From contig OX597823.1 in NCBI GenBank assembly GCA_951406725.2, forward strand, positions 16,678,001-16,742,000: 64,000 nt of DNA, given 5' to 3'. The notes under the pieces were generated by a model, which saw only the letters and a program-made list of their open reading frames with translations, ran no database searches and had not been told where the DNA came from. Both the position numbers and the translations under genes were made by a program. The stretch comes from Octopus vulgaris (taxonomy: Eukaryota). The number at the start of each line of letters is the position of its first letter. The stretch's first letter is position 1. Positions 59,374-64,000 of the stretch are shown one piece after another.

Positions 59374-61258
59374 TTGTATATGTAATGAAACAATAGTTAT
59401 ACTTTTAATAGTGAAACTATTATGTTTACATAACAACAGACATGTTATAGTTTCACTTTTGACACGTAATACCGCAACCTAAGGAATTGCTCCGAGCTCG
59501 CATTAGGCAAGATGTTGAAAATTTTTTTGGTTCATGAAACTCAATGGACCCTAAGTAGTCCATGCTTAAAATTTGAATGAATTCGGTTGGGTAGTTCTAG
59601 AGTGTTGGAGATGTACTCAATACAGACACACATAGACAGAGTCATATTCTCAGTGTTATATTTATGGATAAAACGAGATATAAATAGAAGTTACTTCCCC
59701 TTGTTCTATTGACAGTTCTTCACAAAATAAACAATGATTGTTGGACCTTCGGTTGTCTACAAGGTAACTCTGACCAAACAGACAGATCTATAAATAATCA
59801 AATGCGTTCTAGCCGTAGTCATTCCGGCTATCTTTTTTTTTTTTTTTTTTTCTCTAAGATAGTAGAATGTAATTCGATGAGGATTTGATTGTTGCATGTT
59901 GAATGAATGACCAAATAAAGAATGCAGTTCTCGCATCTTAGCCGTCACTTAAGAGGAAGGGAAGAGTTCTTTGTGAGAGTCTAGCTCCCTTTATTCATAA
60001 CAAATTCGACTATTAGGGAAATCAGTAAGCATCACTACAACGGATTTGTATGAAACAAGAAAAGATTAAATTTATTGGTCGGTGTGGGTGGGGGGGGCGT
60101 GAGAGAGAGATGGCTATATTTAGATTTGGGAACTTTGAGGATGTAATTAACAATTCAGTTATTATATATTAACTATGACGGTTGACTGCAGAATCAGTAG
60201 AGCGACGGACTAACTGCATTTGTATATGGCCACGTACTGCGTTCAAATTTCGCTGAAGTCGACTTTATATCTCGTCCTTCCAGGGCTAATTAATTAACTA
60301 TTGTGAAGTGCTTGGATCGATGTAATTGGCTGCGTCCGTTCCCCCCAAACATGTGGTCAAATGTTTAAGAAAGATATCATTATTATAATTACACAAGAGA
60401 AATAATTAAACGCAAATTTCTTGGAATTAACCTCAAGGCCAATATTTAGAGTGGGAGTGTCTTTGTATACCTTTAAGGTAATTATTTTCATCAAGATCAG
60501 GTTTCTGAGCTAATAAGAACACGGCATGGCATTTAACACGTGTAAAAGCAGTCACACACGCATACGTGTTCATTTCAAACTTATGTACGTTAGATATTCA
60601 AGCAGAGAAGGTTATCTGAGTGAATCGATTCTCTGTATATTACTGGTACTTTGTCATCCTGTCCGCAACGCAAACTGAGGATGATTTAACAATTATACAA
60701 CGAATAATTATTTATCAATTTACCTATTTCTTTATTACCCACAGAGGGGACAAACAAGGACAGACATAGGTATTAAGTCGATTACATCGACCCCAGTGCG
60801 TAACTGGTACTTAATTTATCGACCCCCGAAAGGATGAAAGGTAAAGTCGACCTCGGCGGAATTTTTATTTATCAATTTACCGAGAGCTATTTATCGTACA
60901 ATATCTCTTTTGTAATACTGTACATAGAATAAATTTTTCACTACAGGACTTTTTAGAGAATAAAGATTTTCAAAGCAAAACATTGAACAGAGAAGACGAC
61001 TTCGAAGCGATTTTGTATTGTAAAAATAAAAACAACAAAGTTGATTTCATTTTGTAAAGCAATCACACTTCTTCATAATTATACATTGTTAAATGAAATG
61101 AAAAGTGTTCGGTGAAGAATATGTTTTTGATTTTCTACCTGAAATACTCTCTTTCGTGATTCCTGCAGCATTATCATTTGATCGAGGGAATCCGATTTCC
61201 GCTTCTGACGCCGAGAGAACATCAGAGGATCTAAATTTTGATACTCGGTCGACGCCAT
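44075..61258 (-). CDS. SIRT7: NAD-dependent protein deacylase sirtuin-7 (class IV sirtuin), 10 coding exons, about 760 aa
   Basis: Exons 61258-61139, 57152-57015, 55117-55013, 54546-54476, 53249-53177, 53043-52945, 49397-49161, 48172-48052, 47467-47401 and 45326-44075 all have GT-AG borders and compatible phases (2283 nt). Motifs: [34 protein letters not shown], catalytic HGN, Zn-binding CYKC...[15 protein letters not shown]-terminal PGWFGKG plus basic tail, all SIRT7-like. Confidence 0.95.
44420..44494 (-). repeat. Coding (ACT)25 repeat encoding poly-threonine in SIRT7
   Basis: 75 nt of uninterrupted AGT on the plus strand inside the last exon. Confidence 0.95.
45832..46303. mobile_element. 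Penelope-like pseudo-LTR remnant with inverted duplication, in a (TA)n tract
   Basis: 39-bp inverted repeat 45940-45978/46265-46303 (one mismatch) enclosing a hammerhead motif; (TA)n on both sides. Confidence 0.55.
46085..46162 (+). ncRNA. Type I hammerhead ribozyme motif (Penelope-like, palindromic stem III)
   Basis: AATGCTG-CTGATGA-TTTAT...ATAAA-GAAA-CAATTG-TT-CAGCATT: 7-bp stem I, intact core, GUU site. Confidence 0.65.
46990..47027 (+). ncRNA. Minimal hammerhead-like motif, CUGUUGA core
   Basis: TCTTT-CTGTTGA-A-GAGC-gtag-GCTC-GAAA-CG-TT-AAAGA. Confidence 0.55.
47401..47467 (-). CDS. SIRT7: SIRT7 exon 9 ([22 protein letters not shown])
   Basis: GxCDDVM motif; phase 1 in, phase 2 out; 67 nt. 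Confidence 0.93.
48052..48172 (-). CDS. SIRT7: SIRT7 exon 8 ([11 protein letters not shown]...[10 protein letters not shown]...LKIN)
   Basis: Hand translation; 121 nt; gtgaga donor. Confidence 0.95.
48672..49068 (+). mobile_element. Non-autonomous Helitron
   Basis: A|TC start, subterminal hairpin CCCGAGCAACGCTGGG, CTAG|T end, no TSD. Confidence 0.8.
49161..49397 (-). CDS. SIRT7: SIRT7 exon 7 (zinc-binding module, [16 protein letters not shown])
   Basis: ORF 49065..49397 trimmed at AAG|gttgtt; CxxC...CxxC present. Confidence 0.95.
49645..50210 (-). mobile_element. Internally deleted mariner transposon
   Basis: TIRs TTGGGTTGTC..GAAAGTT, TA TSD, transposase remnant [16 protein letters not shown] (ORF 49793..49990). 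Confidence 0.9.
50232..50614 (+). mobile_element. Non-autonomous Helitron (different 5' half, shared 3' end)
   Basis: A|TCTCTCTC start; 3' end AGCAACGCCGGGCGATACTGCTAG|T. Confidence 0.8.
51899..52409 (+). mobile_element. Older Helitron-like element
   Basis: A|TCTCCTAATATAATA start; degenerate GC hairpin and CAGCTAG|T end. Confidence 0.45.
52945..53043 (-). CDS. SIRT7: SIRT7 exon 6 ([17 protein letters not shown]...EVHGNMYLE)
   Basis: QNxDGLH motif and catalytic His (HGN); 99 nt. Confidence 0.95.
53177..53249 (-). CDS. SIRT7: SIRT7 exon 5 ([24 protein letters not shown])
   Basis: AEPTxTHM sirtuin motif; phase 2 in, phase 0 out; gtaagt donor. Confidence 0.95.
54476..54546 (-). CDS. SIRT7: SIRT7 exon 4 ([23 protein letters not shown])
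   Basis: Hand translation; not in the ORF track. tag acceptor, gtaagc donor, 71 nt. Confidence 0.95.
55013..55117 (-). CDS. SIRT7: SIRT7 exon 3 (IEDSAEVL...YTGAGIST)
   Basis: NAD-binding GAGIST motif; cag acceptor and gtgagt donor. Confidence 0.95.
57015..57152 (-). CDS. SIRT7: SIRT7 exon 2 ([16 protein letters not shown]...KRRALE)
   Basis: Resembles the SIRT7 N-terminal helix VSRILRK...ERSAEE...KRRQEE; AG/GT borders, 138 nt. Confidence 0.9.
58278..58600. repeat. Compound (CA)n/(TA)n microsatellite array
   Basis: Repeated ATATACACATACACACACAC units followed by (TA)n. Confidence 0.95.
61139..61258 (-). CDS. SIRT7: SIRT7 coding exon 1 (MASTEYQ...RKRVFQ)
   Basis: ATG at 61258 in aggATGg context, 120 nt, CAG|gtagaa donor, phase 0 into the next exon. 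Weakest homology of the ten exons. Confidence 0.7.
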
Positions 61259-61980
61259 CCTGCTTGTGTGGCCGCTTAACAACATCACTAAACAGTCTTT
61301 CTTTTATTTTTTTGCTTGTATCAAAATGTTACTCGATACAATAATGTAATTATAAATATATTTTTATTTAATCATTACTTTTCTTTTTCTTCACACAAAA
61401 TATCTTTAGAAGAAGAAAAAGCTATATTAAAATTCGTATATATATAAAAGTGATTTTCATTGTTGTTTATGTTCGTGTTGTACTAAGCGACGTTCCTAAA
61501 ACTCTGCGAATTCTTCCTTCAAATTTCTTCAAAAGTTTTCAATGCAAGCTGTAAAGATATTCTCAAAAAAGTTCCAGTTTATAAATGATAAATCGAAAGA
61601 AACTTTGAGCATTGTTATTCCAGAGGTATATCTCTAGTTTTATAATTATTATTCCCTTATTATTATTGTTTCTTTGAAATTAAATAGAATTGTCTGCTCC
61701 ACTATTCGTACTGAACTTTATATTTGACTATTTGTAATTTATTTCTTTTGAGAATATACGGATTTTTGTCAGTGAACAGGTCATGGTCTTAAAGCGACGA
61801 AAATATTTTGACAAATTAAACTTAAATGTTGAAGTGAATCGAACGGCTTTTGTGTGTTTCTTAAATGGCTTTTAAACACCTTCCACGCTGCAATTGTTTA
61901 CAATTAGAATTCAGTAAGAAAAATAAAGAACACAGTTTACGAAGTAAACTAAAAGAAACGAAAAGCAGGAACTCAGTAAA

Positions 61981-62280
61981 TCTTTATATATAAAAATGAA
62001 GTTGTGTGCTGTCTATCTCCTACGATTTAGATTCCTAACTACTCCCACATTTTGCGGTGCAGTTTAACCAAATTCGGGTATCTTATAGTCGTGATTCATA
62101 TCGAGCCCTTCTGGGTATTAGCGCGCGTCTACGATGAGTCAATGATTTTAAAAAAAATTTACCATAATTTTTTTTCCATTTTTAATGCATTTTTTTGCTA
62201 TTTTTTGGCTATAACTCTCTAAAAATGCTTATATAGTTATTTCCCTTACAAACCCGAGCAACGCCGGGCGATACTGCTAG
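61981..62280 (+). mobile_element. Non-autonomous Helitron upstream of SIRT7
   Basis: A|TCTTTATAT start and CTAG|T end; same family as 48672-49068 but about 100 bp shorter. Confidence 0.8.
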
Positions 62281-64000
62281 TGAATAAATAAAATAAAAAG
62301 GCGCATATTGTTTTATGTATTGGGCCATTTACACAGTTTGCTTAGAAATGTATCTGTTGAGCGTACAAAACTACATCCGAATTAAAAAATTTACTTGGAT
62401 ATAGTCGTGACATTGTTCCAGAATATTGGTATTCTCTAAATTATCTTGGTACAAAAAAAAAACAACTTATATTTTAATTACATAATGTCTAACTAAATAC
62501 CAGAGGTCATATATTAATGCAGTTATAATTTTTCGTACTATTAAACATTTTGGAGATAATTATTTTTCTGTACACCTACAGGTATGTGTCCGCCCCCACC
62601 GACTTTTTTTTTTTTTCATTTCTGAAAAATGCATAAATTGTTATGAAATTTTCCAGAGATATGTTTCAGTTGGTGTAGTTTACGGACCTATCGGAATTTG
62701 TTGTAAAAGTTCTTTTCCGGAGGGGTGAGTGAGGAGTTTCGGACAATTCACACATTTCGACTTTATTTCTTCATAATTCTCTCAAAAAGGATATTTTTCT
62801 AATAAAATTTTCATTGTATATGTTGTACGCAGTACGTCACACTTGTTGGGGAGGTATATATAACGTTTCAGTGTTTCAACTACAGCCATTTTGGGGACCA
62901 TCTGGAAGGGTTTTAGTCGAACAAATCAACCCTAAACTATTTTTTAAGCCTAGTACTTATTATATCGATCTCTTTTTGTCGAACCGCAAAGTTACAAGGA
63001 CAGAAACACACCAACACCAGTTGTGTTGTCAAGCAATGGTGGGGAACAGATATACACACATATCATCATCGCTTAATGTCCGCCTTCCATTCTGGCATGG
63101 GTGGGACGGTTTCACTAGAGCCAGCCAGGCAGAAACCTGCACTAGACATGTGTGACTGTTTTGGCAGGACTTTTACAGCTGGATGCCCTTTCTAACCAAC
63201 CACTCAGCAGAATGGACTGAGTGCTTTTTATGTGGCACAAGCACAGGCGAGGTCAGTTTTGACAAGGTTTTTACAGCTGGATGCCCTTTCAAACACCAAC
63301 CACTTTACAATGTGGACTGGGTGCTTTTAAGGGGCACCTGCGCTGACAGGTCGTCAGGACAAAAAAAGATTTTCTAGAGGAGACAGGGCATTGGAGGAGG
63401 TGATCTTGTGTCAGATTATGTAAGGTTATAGTGAGACAGAAACAGGTGTCTTGTTATAGACGAAGTACAGGGTTACCTACCCAGAGAAAGATCAAGAATG
63501 AAGACAGAAACAGGTGCACTACCGCAAAGAAAATAGATGGCTATCCAACCTAAGGGAAGTGCAGGAGGAGAGACAGAGTGGGAGACAACAAGATAGAGAT
63601 GGTGGGAAAATGCCAGGCATACTCAAAAGGGACAGGGATCAGAATATAAATGGGATGGTTGAGTAAAGAAAGAGAGAGATATTGATGGTGGCAACCTTGA
63701 GGTTCAAACACCATAATATAAGTGGCAGGATATTGTGAAGGAAATGTGATTAAAGAGTGCAAGGGGGTGAGTGGCAAACAATTGGGTATATATAGAGTTG
63801 GGCTACTGGATAGTGATAATACAAAGGAACAGGGCTGTGAAGACAGGATTGGAAAGTGGGAGCTAGGCATAGTGTATGAAGGAGGAAATGTGAGGAAGAG
63901 ATGTGGAGACGTAGATTGGTTTATTGGGGTAGGGTGAGTGAAAAGTTTTCTTGTTATGTGCGGGTGAAACACACAGGTTGGGAGCTAATAGATAGCAATA

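Noticed and set aside
44075-61258. Assignment as SIRT6
   Set aside because: N-terminal helical extension, QNCDGLH, VLKKY..LW.M, LQWTPKD and the terminal GWFGKG fit SIRT7.

Overview
AT-rich, repeat-dense metazoan DNA. The SINE and microsatellite landscape is typical of Octopus (inference from repeat content, not a database result). Two intron-containing genes lie on the minus strand. One is a complete 10-exon SIRT7 (about 61258 to 44075, about 760 aa) with a long low-complexity C-terminal insert. The other is the 5' part of a CCDC14-like gene (about 33.2 kb to beyond position 1). A very young 5.87 kb CsRn1-lineage Ty3/Gypsy LTR retrotransposon (9384-15254) sits antisense in a CCDC14 intron. 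It has near-identical LTRs, a CTAC TSD, a tRNA-Trp PBS, a PPT and a -1 frameshift cassette. The rest is tRNA-derived SINEs, RTE/CR1/R4-Dong LINE ends, Helitrons, mariner/Tigger/piggyBac/Merlin-like MITEs and microsatellites. Main leads: (1) several Penelope-type minimal hammerhead-ribozyme motifs in short microsatellite-embedded elements, most with a CUGUNGA-type core instead of CUGANGA; (2) HCF-1-binding and Sin3-SID-like motifs in the SIRT7 tail; (3) an unexplained 235-bp GC-rich, highly structured insert; (4) an upstream ORF separated from the CCDC14 frame by a single in-frame TAA. All calls were made by eye; no searches or folding programs were run.
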